From assembly GCA_964530965.1 (NCBI GenBank), contig CAZHCO010000052.1, positions 1 through 63,733 on the forward strand: 63,733 nucleotides of DNA, in the 5' to 3' direction. Numbering within the stretch: the first letter of the stretch is position 1; every line of letters starts with the position of its first letter. The notes below the pieces were generated by a model that worked only from the letters and a program-made list of their open reading frames with translations, was not told where the DNA came from and searched no databases. A program made the position numbers and the translations under genes. This DNA is from an uncultured Aestuariivirga sp. Its GTDB lineage: Bacteria; Pseudomonadota; Alphaproteobacteria; Rhizobiales; Aestuariivirgaceae. This document shows positions 20,247 to 29,756 of this stretch, piece after piece.

Positions 20247-21731
20247 ATGCGCCGCGGCGTGATCATCGGCAGCATTGTGGCGCTCTTCGTAATTCAGGCC
20301 ATTATTCGGTTTCAATCCGATATCATCCATGACGCCGCCTGGTATCTCTATGTGGCAGACGGGCTGCTGCATGGAGGGCAACTTTACACCGATTTTATCG
20401 AAGTCAATCCACCTCTCGGCATGTGGTTGACGCTGCCTGTCGCTTGGCTTGGAAACCTGACAGCCCTTGGTCCCGTCAAAACGACTTACATTGTACTGCT
20501 GGGGCTGACCGTGTTGCCGTTGCTTCTGATGACCCGCTATCTCCGGCTGATGCGCGATGTTCCACATGCAGCGCGAGCCCTGTTTTGCGTCGCGACTGTT
20601 GCCGTAATCCTGTTCATGCCTGCAGCGGACTTTGCCGAGCGCGAGCATCTGGTTGTCCTATTGTTTCTGCCTTGGCCTTTTCTTCGGCTTACCCGCGCCC
20701 GCGGCGCGCGCCTTGGTCTCCTTGAGGCTTTTTTTGTGGGGCTGATGGCTGCGACGGCTATTTGCATAAAACCGCAAAGCCTTCTGGCTCCCCTGGGAGT
20801 CGAACTTGTCTTGCTGCTCCGCTACCGGAATTTTCGTGGCTTGTTCGCGCCGGAGAATATTGTTGCCGCAGTTTTTGCAGTGCTGTACGGCGCCTCAATC
20901 TTCATCTTCGAACCCGATTTTCTTGTTACAATAATGAACTTGGGAGTCAAAGCCTACGTGCCGTTCTACGGTTACTCGAATACTACGATTTGGCTTTTCA
21001 GCATACGTTCAATCATGCTTGTAGTATTCGCCATGCTTCTCTGGCAGCGAACCGATGGGCCCATGGCGGAAATCACTGCGCTGTCGGCTGCCGTCGCTGG
21101 TGGGTTCATCCTCTCCTATTTTATTCAGTACAAGGGCTTCACCTATCAGATTCTTCCAGCCCGTATTTTTGCCGGTTTGGCCTGCGCCGCTGCCGTTTCT
21201 GGAATTGTGGCACAAATGCCGTTTACCAGATGGCCGTCTGTCACCCGATTTCTCGCGGGCTCGAGCATTCTCATTGCGGCGGTCGATTTCGGCTTTCATC
21301 CGCAGATATACCCAAATGATGGCAGGGTCTTTGAAGCAGGCATTGCTCGATATGCGCCAGGGACCAGATCTATATTTATTGCCTCGACGCGGGTTTCTCA
21401 CGGGTTTCCATTCACTTTGAATCGAAACTTGGTATGGGCCTCGCGCTTACCGGCGCAATGGCTGACACCCTACGTGGCATCGAAATGGCAAGGCGGAACC
21501 TTGCCTCCTGATGACATCGTCGCCCGCGCTCTCGACTGGACTGTCACCGATCTCGTGAAACTCCATCCAGACATCGTATTCATCGACGAAGGCACAGAGC
21601 AGTTCTATATTCCGGGCGGCCGTTTTGACTATGTGAAATTCTGGTCCAATGATCCGCGCTTTGCTGCGCTTTGGACACGCTATGAACGCCGCGCCAGCAT
21701 GAATGGCTTTGCAGTTTATACGGCCCGATAA
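20247..21731 (+). CDS. Polytopic membrane protein, putative GT-C glycosyltransferase
   Basis: N-terminal TM followed by HDAAWY...LYTDFIEVNPP loop, IKPQ motif, many TMs and a soluble C-terminal domain; follows gtrB/gtrA homologs. Confidence 0.6.
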   Translation: MRRGVIIGSIVALFVIQAIIRFQSDIIHDAAWYLYVADGLLHGGQLYTDFIEVNPPLGMWLTLPVAWLGNLTALGPVKTTYIVLLGLTVLPLLLMTRYLRLMRDVPHAARALFCVATVAVILFMPAADFAEREHLVVLLFLPWPFLRLTRARGARLGLLEAFFVGLMAATAICIKPQSLLAPLGVELVLLLRYRNFRGLFAPENIVAAVFAVLYGASIFIFEPDFLVTIMNLGVKAYVPFYGYSNTTIWLFSIRSIMLVVFAMLLWQRTDGPMAEITALSAAVAGGFILSYFIQYKGFTYQILPARIFAGLACAAAVSGIVAQMPFTRWPSVTRFLAGSSILIAAVDFGFHPQIYPNDGRVFEAGIARYAPGTRSIFIASTRVSHGFPFTLNRNLVWASRLPAQWLTPYVASKWQGGTLPPDDIVARALDWTVTDLVKLHPDIVFIDEGTEQFYIPGGRFDYVKFWSNDPRFAALWTRYERRASMNGFAVYTAR

Positions 21732-21760
21732 ACAAAACGGCCCCGCGAATTGCGGGGCCG
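21732..21760 (-). terminator. Rho-independent terminator (for the HU gene; possibly bidirectional)
   Basis: Stem CGGCCCCGC-gaatt-GCGGGGCCG followed by a T-rich tail on the minus strand, between convergent genes. Confidence 0.8.
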
Positions 21761-21782
21761 CTGAATAGTCAAAGCAATGAAG

Positions 21783-22076
21783 TTAGATTGTTTCCTTGAC
21801 TTCCTTGGCAGCGCGGAAAGCCAGCTTCTTCGAAGCCTTGATCTTGATCTGCTCGCCGGTCAGCGGGTTGCGGCCGAGGCGCGCAGGACGCTTCTTGACC
21901 TGGAAAATCCCAAGACCTGTGACCCGGACCTTGTTACCCTTCTTCAGGTGCTTCACCAGAAGGTCAACGAAGTCAGCCAGAAATTCTCCGGTAGCCTTCT
22001 TTGACATCGCGTGCTTTTCAGCAAGTTCAGCTGCCATTTTAGACAGTGGAACAGTCAGTATTTTTTCGTCAGCCAT
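21783..22076 (-). CDS. hup: HU family DNA-binding protein
   Basis: GLGIFQVKKRPARLGRNPLTGEQIKIKAS signature. Confidence 0.92.
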   Translation of the reverse strand: MADEKILTVPLSKMAAELAEKHAMSKKATGEFLADFVDLLVKHLKKGNKVRVTGLGIFQVKKRPARLGRNPLTGEQIKIKASKKLAFRAAKEVKETI

Positions 22077-22245
22077 GTTTCATCTCCGTTTGCCGAATCG
22101 GCCGATAGGGAAGCTAGCGCGTTCGGTGAGTCCTGAAAACCCTTATTTTTAGGGGCTATTTTCAATTTGAGTCGAAATAAGGCTTATAAAATGGCCGTTA
22201 ACAATTCGCAGGAGCAAATTGCTAGAAAAAATATAACAATTCCAG

Positions 22246-23187
22246 CTAGTTAGAGCTTTTTGGGCGAAGGTACTCCGGATGCGGATAGGCCACCGGTTCC
22301 TTCGGTTTAAGAAAATATCTGCGGAAGATTTCACGGTAACCATGCATGAGGTAACCATGGTTTCTTTGCAGAAGCTGCTCACGCTCGGCCCGGTAATAGG
22401 CCGGAAGCTCGTACCACGCCATGCGTGGCCTTAGATGATGTGGGAGATGCAAATTATTATTGAGGAACATCAGCGACAGCAGCGGAGATGATTCCACGAC
22501 GATGGTTCGCTCGCCTAAATCCGCCACCGCCTGATGCTCGCAGAAGGAACGAACAAGGGAAAATGATATGCCGGGCCAGGCAAACATCACGAGATAGGCC
22601 CACACGGGTATGCCACAAATGAAATAGGCATAAGCCAGAGTGATGGCGCAAGTTGGAATGTGCCAGGCCCAGGCTTTGGCAATCGCCATATCGCCTTTTG
22701 CAATGGCCAGAAATTCGGAAGACCAGAAGCGTATCGTGCCAATGATGGGGCCAAGAATCATGCGGCCAGCCAGTGTATTATTGACGGTGTAGAGCTGTTT
22801 CAGCGGCGCGGGCAGCTTTGCCCATTCATCAGGTAACAGATAATAAGACTCCGGATCGAGTGTCGGGTCAGTCAGGTTCTCGTCATTGTGGTGGATGAGA
22901 TGCAGCTTGCGGTAACGCCGGTAGGGAAACGTGAGGCTGAAATTGATCGCCACCAAAAGTTCATTGAGGGCCGCATTGCGCGTGGGATGACCGTGCAAGG
23001 CCTCGTGTTGCAGAGAACCATGCAAGGCAATGAGATAACCCGCCAGCGGAATGATCACCCAGAAAGGCAGCGCGTGGTAGAACCACATCAGCGTTGCCAA
23101 CGCCGCATAGGTCAAAATGATCAAGATGACCGTGGGCCATTCGATTTGCGTGGGCCTTACGGCGGCGATTTCAGTCGGGTGTTGCAT
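22246..23187 (-). CDS. Membrane fatty acid desaturase/hydroxylase family protein
   Basis: Three His boxes: QHEALH, HLIHH, NNNLHLPHH; TM segments. Confidence 0.85.
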   Translation of the reverse strand: MQHPTEIAAVRPTQIEWPTVILIILTYAALATLMWFYHALPFWVIIPLAGYLIALHGSLQHEALHGHPTRNAALNELLVAINFSLTFPYRRYRKLHLIHHNDENLTDPTLDPESYYLLPDEWAKLPAPLKQLYTVNNTLAGRMILGPIIGTIRFWSSEFLAIAKGDMAIAKAWAWHIPTCAITLAYAYFICGIPVWAYLVMFAWPGISFSLVRSFCEHQAVADLGERTIVVESSPLLSLMFLNNNLHLPHHLRPRMAWYELPAYYRAEREQLLQRNHGYLMHGYREIFRRYFLKPKEPVAYPHPEYLRPKSSN

Positions 23188-23245
23188 GGGCACCAATTAT
23201 TTGGCTTTCTGGCATTGTTCAAGTCTCAAGGAAACTCACCACCCC

Positions 23246-24010
23246 ATGATAGCATCTTTTCCCATGTATGACTGGCCGGAAGTCCGGGAGGCCACGGATA
23301 TGTGGTGGCGCGGGTTTTCGGGGCATTTTGGCGTGGTCCTTGAACTCGACCGGAATCCCGATCATTTCGCCGCCTGGCGCCGGGACGACCTCACTTTCAG
23401 CCAAACCTGTGGCTATCCTTATACACATGAATTCAAAGACTTGCTAAATTATGTTGCAACGCCGCATTATGCCGTACCGGGCTGCGAAAGCGCGAACTAC
23501 TGTAGCTTCATTTTTGCCCGCGCCGACCAACCGCTGGATTCTTTCCGGGGCGGAATTGCCGCCGTAAACAACCCGGACTCAATGTCCGGCATGCTGGCGC
23601 TGAAACTGGCTTTCGCGCCCTTTGCCAGAGAGGGCAAATTTTTTTCGAGTGCCATGCAAAGCGGCGGCCATGTCAAATCCATGATTTCGGTGCGCGATGG
23701 CCTAGCCGATGTCTGCGCCATTGACGCCGTCTGCGTGGCGATGGCCAGGCGTTACCGGCCCGACTATCTGGAAGGTCTGGTCGAAATTGCGCGCTCGCCG
23801 TCAGTTCCAGCACTTCCTTACGTCACCCGCAGTGGCAACATTGATGCCATGCGGACAGCGCTGGTTGTAGCCTTCGCAGATTCGGAATTACAAGAGTGCC
23901 GTGAGCAACTCTTCCTGAATGGCAACTCCGTGCTTCACCCAAATGCCTATGAGCGTATCACCGATCTCGAAAGTGAGATGCAAAAGGCTGGAGGGCTAGA
24001 GCTGCTATAG
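23246..24010 (+). CDS. PhnD/SsuA-like solute-binding-fold protein without signal peptide
   Basis: ASFPMYD, SQTCGYP, AVNNPDSMSG, SGGH..S...V.DG.ADVCAIDAV motifs. Confidence 0.7.
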   Translation: MIASFPMYDWPEVREATDMWWRGFSGHFGVVLELDRNPDHFAAWRRDDLTFSQTCGYPYTHEFKDLLNYVATPHYAVPGCESANYCSFIFARADQPLDSFRGGIAAVNNPDSMSGMLALKLAFAPFAREGKFFSSAMQSGGHVKSMISVRDGLADVCAIDAVCVAMARRYRPDYLEGLVEIARSPSVPALPYVTRSGNIDAMRTALVVAFADSELQECREQLFLNGNSVLHPNAYERITDLESEMQKAGGLELL

Positions 24011-24038
24011 TCATTGCGACTGAAAGGACGGAGCAGGT

Positions 24039-24575
24039 TTATCCCGCAAAGCCACCGGCCTGCAGGAAAGCGATTTCTGACTCCGTTGATCTCCGTCCGA
24101 GAACTGGATTGCGATGCGGAAACCTGCCGAAGCGGGCGATGATATCCAAATGCATTTGTGCATAATAGACCATCTCGTGCTGGCCCATGGTTTCAAACAG
24201 GGCGACGCCACGGTGCTGCGCGTCGATGTCTTCCGCATGTTCAAACGGCATGATGAGCCAAAAAACAAGAGGAGGTGGCAGCATCTGGTGAAAGCCCCTG
24301 CCAACAAATGTCTTGGCCAGGACAAGCGCTTTGGCATCGGCGGCGAAAGCGAGAGGACTGCCTCGATGGATGTTGCGCGAGACCTGATCGAGCAGGATGA
24401 CAAGCCCTAAAGCGCCCTCCGGGGTCTCGCCCCAATGATCGAAGGCCCCAAGCCGAGCCTGCCGCAAACCGTCACCGAAATTCACGGCGAGCGCCCCATC
24501 AAAGGCGGCGTCCTTGGCGAACTGCCGCTCGGGGCCCGCCAGCATCCAGAAGTCCACAATAGTTTTGGCGTCCAC
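24039..24575 (-). CDS. DUF924 family protein
   Basis: VDFW, ILLDQ.SRN.HRG, PFEHAED, IIARFGRFPHRN.VLGR.ST. Confidence 0.88.
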   Translation of the reverse strand: MDAKTIVDFWMLAGPERQFAKDAAFDGALAVNFGDGLRQARLGAFDHWGETPEGALGLVILLDQVSRNIHRGSPLAFAADAKALVLAKTFVGRGFHQMLPPPLVFWLIMPFEHAEDIDAQHRGVALFETMGQHEMVYYAQMHLDIIARFGRFPHRNPVLGRRSTESEIAFLQAGGFAG

Positions 24576-24576
24576 G

Positions 24577-25218
24577 TTACTTCCGCTTTGGCATAATCTC
24601 ATCAGGTGAGATGCGCGACTTCACAAACTCCTCGCGCATTTCGCAGTGAAGCGACAGCCCATGGAGCTTGGGATATTTGTTTGCCGGGAAAGCTTCGGGC
24701 ACACGCAGTTTAACATAACCGATCATGCAGCCAATGGTGACATCTGCCTGGCTCATGTGCAAATCGGAATACCATGGTGTACCGCAGTTTTTCTCCAACT
24801 GCGTCAGCCCCGCCTCGAGCTGGTCCAGGCAACGCTCTTCCCAGTCCTTGCACAGCATCTTCGCTGGATGGAAATAGCGCTCATAGGTGACGGCGCCTGC
24901 CTTTTCAGCCGTGCCCGTTGCCAGAGCCACCGCCTGCAACACTTTGCGCCGCTCCGGCCCATGGCTTGGCGTAAGAGCGCGCGCCGGACCTGCGATCTCA
25001 TCGAGATGATCCAGAATGGCCCACGAGTCGATGAGTATTTCACCGGACTCAAGTTCAAGCGAAGGAATGCGGATCAGGGGATTGATCTTCTGCATTTTCT
25101 TGGCCTGGGAAAATACTGAGATCGTGTTGCGTTCAAACGGCATGTGATAGTGATGCAGCGTGACGGCAACGCGACGCACAAAGGGCGAGTCATATTGGCC
25201 AACTAAAATCATGGCCAT
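24577..25218 (-). CDS. Glutathione S-transferase family protein
   Basis: GQYDSPFVRRV, NPLIRIP.L, LIDSWAILDHLD. Confidence 0.9.
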   Translation of the reverse strand: MAMILVGQYDSPFVRRVAVTLHHYHMPFERNTISVFSQAKKMQKINPLIRIPSLELESGEILIDSWAILDHLDEIAGPARALTPSHGPERRKVLQAVALATGTAEKAGAVTYERYFHPAKMLCKDWEERCLDQLEAGLTQLEKNCGTPWYSDLHMSQADVTIGCMIGYVKLRVPEAFPANKYPKLHGLSLHCEMREEFVKSRISPDEIMPKRK

Positions 25219-25230
25219 ACTATTGCGCAA

Positions 25231-26547
25231 CTAAGCGAGACGGTCCATAACCTTTTGGCGTCCTATTAGTGGCAAAAGGACTGCAAGTTCAGGGCCATGA
25301 TCGAGCCCCGTGAGTGCCAAACGCAGCGGCATGAAAAGTTGTTTGCCTTTGCGGTCGCTCGCAAGTTTCAAGGTGTCAGTCCAGGTTTTCCAGGTGGTGG
25401 AATCCCAGGGTTCTGAAGGAAGCGACTTTGCCGCGTCGCTAACGAAACTGCGATCTTCTGCAGGCACAACAGGATTAATTCTTCCTGTGATGATCTCATG
25501 CCAGATTATTGCATCCAACAGCTTTTCAAGATTCCCGCGCACCGCCAACCAGAACGCTTCATTGCCGTAGCCAAGCCTGTCTTTCACAGCATCCCAGGGC
25601 AGCATGTGCAGGAGTTTGGCGTTGAGATGATTTAGTTCTGCCTCGTCAAATCGCGCTGGCGCGCGCGAAAGTTTGGTAAGATCGAAACCGTCCACTAGCT
25701 CCTTGTAGTCTGCACACGGGTGGATTGAATCCGACGTGCCAAGAAGCGCCGCGTGGCTGACCACCGCCATGGCTTCCAGGCCACTCTCGCGCATGGCGGT
25801 AATCGACAATGAGCCCAGTCGCTTGGAGAGGCCAGCACCATCAGCACCGATGAGAAGGCTGTGATGTCCATAGGCGGGAACAGCGCCACCAAGAGCCTTT
25901 GTGATCTCCATTTGCACGGCTGCATTCACCACATGGTCCTCACCACGAATGATGTGGGTTATGCCAAACTCGATGTCATCGACGACGGAACAAAACGTAT
26001 AGAGATAAGAACCGTCCTCGCGGATCAGCACCGGGTCCGACTGCGAGGCCGTGTCAATGTGCGAAGGCCCGCGAATGAGGTCGTTCCACTCCACCAGATG
26101 GTGGTCGAGTTTGAAGCGCCAGTGGGGTTTGCGGCCTTCGGATTCCAGCTTGGTGCGATCTTCGTTGGTAAGTTTGAGTGCTGCGCGATCATAAACCGGA
26201 GGCAAGTGCTTGGCCGCCTGACGCTTGCGTTTGCGGTCCAACTCGTCAGCTGTTTCATAGCACGGGTAAAGGCGGCCGGAGGCCTTCAGTTTTTCCGCCG
26301 CCGCGTTGTATCTATCCAATCGTTTGGACTGGTATTCAACCCGCGTTGGCTTGATGCCCATCCAATCCAGATCTGTGGCAATTGATTCCGCGTATTCGAC
26401 CTTCGAACGCGCTGTATCCGTATCGTCGTAACGCAGAATGAACTGCCCGCCGGTTTTCATCGCCATCAGCCAATTCAAAATGGCGGTGCGAGCATTACCA
26501 ATGTGAATGCGACCCGTGGGCGAGGGGGCAAAACGGAGAATTGTCAT
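25231..26547 (-). CDS. gltX: Glutamate--tRNA ligase
   Basis: RFAPSPTG.IHIGN (HIGH), RYDDTD, IRGEDH, LSKR (KMSKS equivalent), LFMPLRLALTG..HGPEL. Confidence 0.95.
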   Translation of the reverse strand: MTILRFAPSPTGRIHIGNARTAILNWLMAMKTGGQFILRYDDTDTARSKVEYAESIATDLDWMGIKPTRVEYQSKRLDRYNAAAEKLKASGRLYPCYETADELDRKRKRQAAKHLPPVYDRAALKLTNEDRTKLESEGRKPHWRFKLDHHLVEWNDLIRGPSHIDTASQSDPVLIREDGSYLYTFCSVVDDIEFGITHIIRGEDHVVNAAVQMEITKALGGAVPAYGHHSLLIGADGAGLSKRLGSLSITAMRESGLEAMAVVSHAALLGTSDSIHPCADYKELVDGFDLTKLSRAPARFDEAELNHLNAKLLHMLPWDAVKDRLGYGNEAFWLAVRGNLEKLLDAIIWHEIITGRINPVVPAEDRSFVSDAAKSLPSEPWDSTTWKTWTDTLKLASDRKGKQLFMPLRLALTGLDHGPELAVLLPLIGRQKVMDRLA

Positions 26548-28173
26548 TTACAGTTTGTCTCGGAAAGCATTGGTGATGGGGTAGCGCCGGTCGCGGCCAA
26601 AATTGCGCCGGGTGATCTTTACGCCCGGTGCCGCCTGGCGGCGCTTGTATTCGGCGATGTAGAGCATGTGCTGGATACGCTTGACCAGCGCCTCGTCATG
26701 GCCGCGCTTAATAATGGTGGCAATCGGCAATTCTTCTTCCACAAGACCCGCGAGAATATCATCCAACACCTCGTATGGTGGCAGGGTGTCTTGATCCTTC
26801 TGGTTTTCGCGCAGTTCCGCCGTGGGTGGCTTGCTGATGATGCGTTCCGGAATCACAAAGCCTTGCGTATTGCGCCAGCGCGCTAGGCGGAACACCTGCG
26901 TTTTGTAAACATCTTTGATCGGATTGAAGCCGCCGTTCATGTCACCATAAAGCGTGGCATAGCCCACCGACATTTCCGACTTGTTGCCCGTGGTTAAAAC
27001 CATGGAACCGAACTTGTTGGAGATCGCCATGAGGATGACACCGCGGGAGCGCGACTGGATATTCTCTTCGGTGACATCAATGTTTTTGCCATCAAACATG
27101 GACTTCAACGTGGATAGAAATCCTTCAACCGGTTCCTTGATCGGCACCACATCATAGCGCACACCCAATAGCTTGGCGCAGGCCTCCGCATCAACCAGGC
27201 TGTCCTTGCTCGTATAGGCATAGGGCAACATCACGCAATGGACCCGCTCCTTGCCCAAAGCATCAACCGCCATGACGGCCACAACAGCTGAGTCAATGCC
27301 GCCCGAGAGCCCCAGGACAACGCCGGGAAAACGGTTCTTCTCCACATAGTCCTTGAGGCCGAGCACGCAGGCTTTCCAGGTTTCTTCTTCACCTTCAGGA
27401 AGTTTTGCGACTTCACCTGGCGTTACTCGCCAGCCATTTTTGCCGCGCGTCCATTCGGTGAGCGTGACAGATTCCTCAAACATTGGCATTTGCACCGCAA
27501 GCGAACGGTCCGCATTCAGTGCGAAGGATGCGCCATCGAAAATCAGTTCATCCTGCCCGCACACCTGGTTGAGATAGGCGATGGGCAAGCCCGTTTCGGT
27601 GACGCGCGCCACCACGAGATTGAGCCGCTGATCATCCTTGTTGCTCTCAAACGGCGAGCCGTTGGGAACGAGCAGAATTTCGGCCCCGGTTTCCGCCAGG
27701 GTTTCGCAGGTTTCCTCGGTCCAGATATCCTCGCAAATGGGAACCCCGATGCGCACCCCCTTGAAAGAGATGGGGCCGGGCGCGGGCCCCGCCTGAAACA
27801 CCCGTTTTTCATCGAACACGCCATAATTTGGCAAATCATGCTTGAAGCGCAGGGCCTCGATCTTGCCATCCTTGAGCAGCGCCACCGCATTGTAAACCTT
27901 GCCGCCCTCCGCCCAAGGTGTGCCCATGAGAATAGCGGGGCCGTTCTTTGTATCTTTGGCCAGTTCTTCAAGCGCCGCCTTGCACTGCGCCACAAAACTC
28001 GGACGCAAAACCAGATCTTCCGGCGGATAGCCGCAAATGAAGAGCTCCGAAAACAGCACGAGATCAGCCCCGGAAGCCTTGCCACAGGCATCCCGGGCCT
28101 TGGCCATATTAGCCTGAATGGCACCCAGAGTGGGGTTCAACTGGGCTAGTGCAATGACGAGTCTGTCGGTCAT
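26548..28173 (-). CDS. nadE: Glutamine-dependent NAD+ synthetase
   Basis: Nitrilase domain (ELF..GYPPED, LPNYGVFDEKR, ICEDIW) plus synthetase domain (GLSGGIDSA, TGNKSE, PPTAELR). Confidence 0.95.
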   Translation of the reverse strand: MTDRLVIALAQLNPTLGAIQANMAKARDACGKASGADLVLFSELFICGYPPEDLVLRPSFVAQCKAALEELAKDTKNGPAILMGTPWAEGGKVYNAVALLKDGKIEALRFKHDLPNYGVFDEKRVFQAGPAPGPISFKGVRIGVPICEDIWTEETCETLAETGAEILLVPNGSPFESNKDDQRLNLVVARVTETGLPIAYLNQVCGQDELIFDGASFALNADRSLAVQMPMFEESVTLTEWTRGKNGWRVTPGEVAKLPEGEEETWKACVLGLKDYVEKNRFPGVVLGLSGGIDSAVVAVMAVDALGKERVHCVMLPYAYTSKDSLVDAEACAKLLGVRYDVVPIKEPVEGFLSTLKSMFDGKNIDVTEENIQSRSRGVILMAISNKFGSMVLTTGNKSEMSVGYATLYGDMNGGFNPIKDVYKTQVFRLARWRNTQGFVIPERIISKPPTAELRENQKDQDTLPPYEVLDDILAGLVEEELPIATIIKRGHDEALVKRIQHMLYIAEYKRRQAAPGVKITRRNFGRDRRYPITNAFRDKL

Positions 28174-28253
28174 GCCCGCCTCTTAGCCTAAGCGACACAA
28201 TGCTTCAATTGCTGGCCGTTGACGATGCCCCGAAAACCCACCAAAACGCGACC

Positions 28254-29756
28254 ATGACCATTCTTGATTTTATCAAGCGGGCCGATCCGGCAAACGTAGC
28301 AATTGCGGCACCTGAATGGGAACCTCTGAACTATGGGGGCCTCGCAGCACTTGTCGGAAAAACCCTGCAAAGTCTCAACGGGGCGGGACTTGGCCGCGCC
28401 GACAAGGTGGCAATTGTCATGCCTAATGGGCCGCTCCTGGCGGCAGCCTTCGTGGCTGTCTCGGCGGCGTGCATTGCAGCCCCCTTGAACCCGGCCCTCC
28501 GCGAGGACGAATTCCGCTTTTGTATGGAAGACCTGAATATTAAAGCGCTGATCGTGGAAAATGACAGCACCTCGCCCGCCATCGCCGCGGCGGCGAGCCT
28601 TGACATTCCCTTGATCGACCTCGTTCCCCACAAACTTGCCGGAGATTTTTCCCTGCACCCTTTAACGCGTGGCGAAACCCCGAATGGCGGCTTTATCGGC
28701 ACCGATGAAACAGCGCTTGTGCTCCATACCTCGGGCACGACTTCGAAGCCAAAGATTGTGCCGCTCACGCAGGGAAACCTGACGGCATCCGCCAACAACA
28801 TCGCCAAAACACTTCGGCTTATCAGCGCAGACCGCTGTTTGAACATCATGCCGCTGTTTCACATTCATGGGCTGGTCGCCGCTGTCCTGGCAACGCTTTC
28901 CGGCGGCGGTTCGGTTTTCTGCACCCCAGGTTTCAATGCATTGAAATTCTTTGGCTGGTTGGAGGAGTCAAAACCCACCTGGTATACCGCCGTGCCAACA
29001 ATGCATCAGGCCATCCTTTCCCGGGCTGAAAGAAACATGATTGTGATCAAGTCCAACCCATTGCGGCTCATTCGTTCAAGTTCGTCGTCGTTGCCGGTGC
29101 CAGTGTTCAATCAACTTGAATCGGTTTTCGGCTGTCCGGTGATTGAAGCTTATGCGATGACGGAAAATGCCCACCAGATGACAAGCAACCAGTTGCCGCC
29201 GGACAAGCGCAAAGCTGGCTTCGTGGGCCGTGCGGCGGGGCCAAAAGTTGCCATCATGTCGTCCGGTGGAAAAATTCTGAAGGCCGGACAGGAAGGCGAG
29301 GTCGTAACCCGTGGCCTCAATGTGACCAAGAGTTATGAAAACAATCGGGAAGCCAATGAAGCGGCTTTTGCCTACGGCTGGTTTCACACAGGCGACCAGG
29401 GGTTCATGGATGAAGATGGGTATCTGAAAATCACCGGCCGCCTGAAAGAAATCATCAATCGCGGCGGCGAAAAAATTTCCCCTGCCGAAATCGACGAAGC
29501 GCTTCTCGAACACGCCGCCGTCTCGCAGGCATTGGCCTTCGCTGTTCCCCATGACAAGCTCGGCGAAGATGTGGCGGCCGTCGTCGTCCTCAAGGAAAGT
29601 GCCGTGGCAAGCGAACAGGAGTTGCGGGATTTCGTGAATGAAAAGCTGGCGGCATTCAAAGTGCCCAGCAAGATCTATTTTCTCAGCGAAATTCCCAAAG
29701 GGGCCACAGGTAAGCTGCAGCGCATCGGTTTAGCCGAGAAACTGGGTCTGGCATGA
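28254..29756 (+). CDS. Acyl-CoA synthetase (oxalate--CoA ligase-like)
   Basis: LHTSGTTSKPK, MPLFHIHGL, WYTAVPTMH, RSSS, EAYAMTE.AHQM.SN.LP, TGDQG, PKGATGKLQR. Confidence 0.85.
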   Translation: MTILDFIKRADPANVAIAAPEWEPLNYGGLAALVGKTLQSLNGAGLGRADKVAIVMPNGPLLAAAFVAVSAACIAAPLNPALREDEFRFCMEDLNIKALIVENDSTSPAIAAAASLDIPLIDLVPHKLAGDFSLHPLTRGETPNGGFIGTDETALVLHTSGTTSKPKIVPLTQGNLTASANNIAKTLRLISADRCLNIMPLFHIHGLVAAVLATLSGGGSVFCTPGFNALKFFGWLEESKPTWYTAVPTMHQAILSRAERNMIVIKSNPLRLIRSSSSSLPVPVFNQLESVFGCPVIEAYAMTENAHQMTSNQLPPDKRKAGFVGRAAGPKVAIMSSGGKILKAGQEGEVVTRGLNVTKSYENNREANEAAFAYGWFHTGDQGFMDEDGYLKITGRLKEIINRGGEKISPAEIDEALLEHAAVSQALAFAVPHDKLGEDVAAVVVLKESAVASEQELRDFVNEKLAAFKVPSKIYFLSEIPKGATGKLQRIGLAEKLGLA

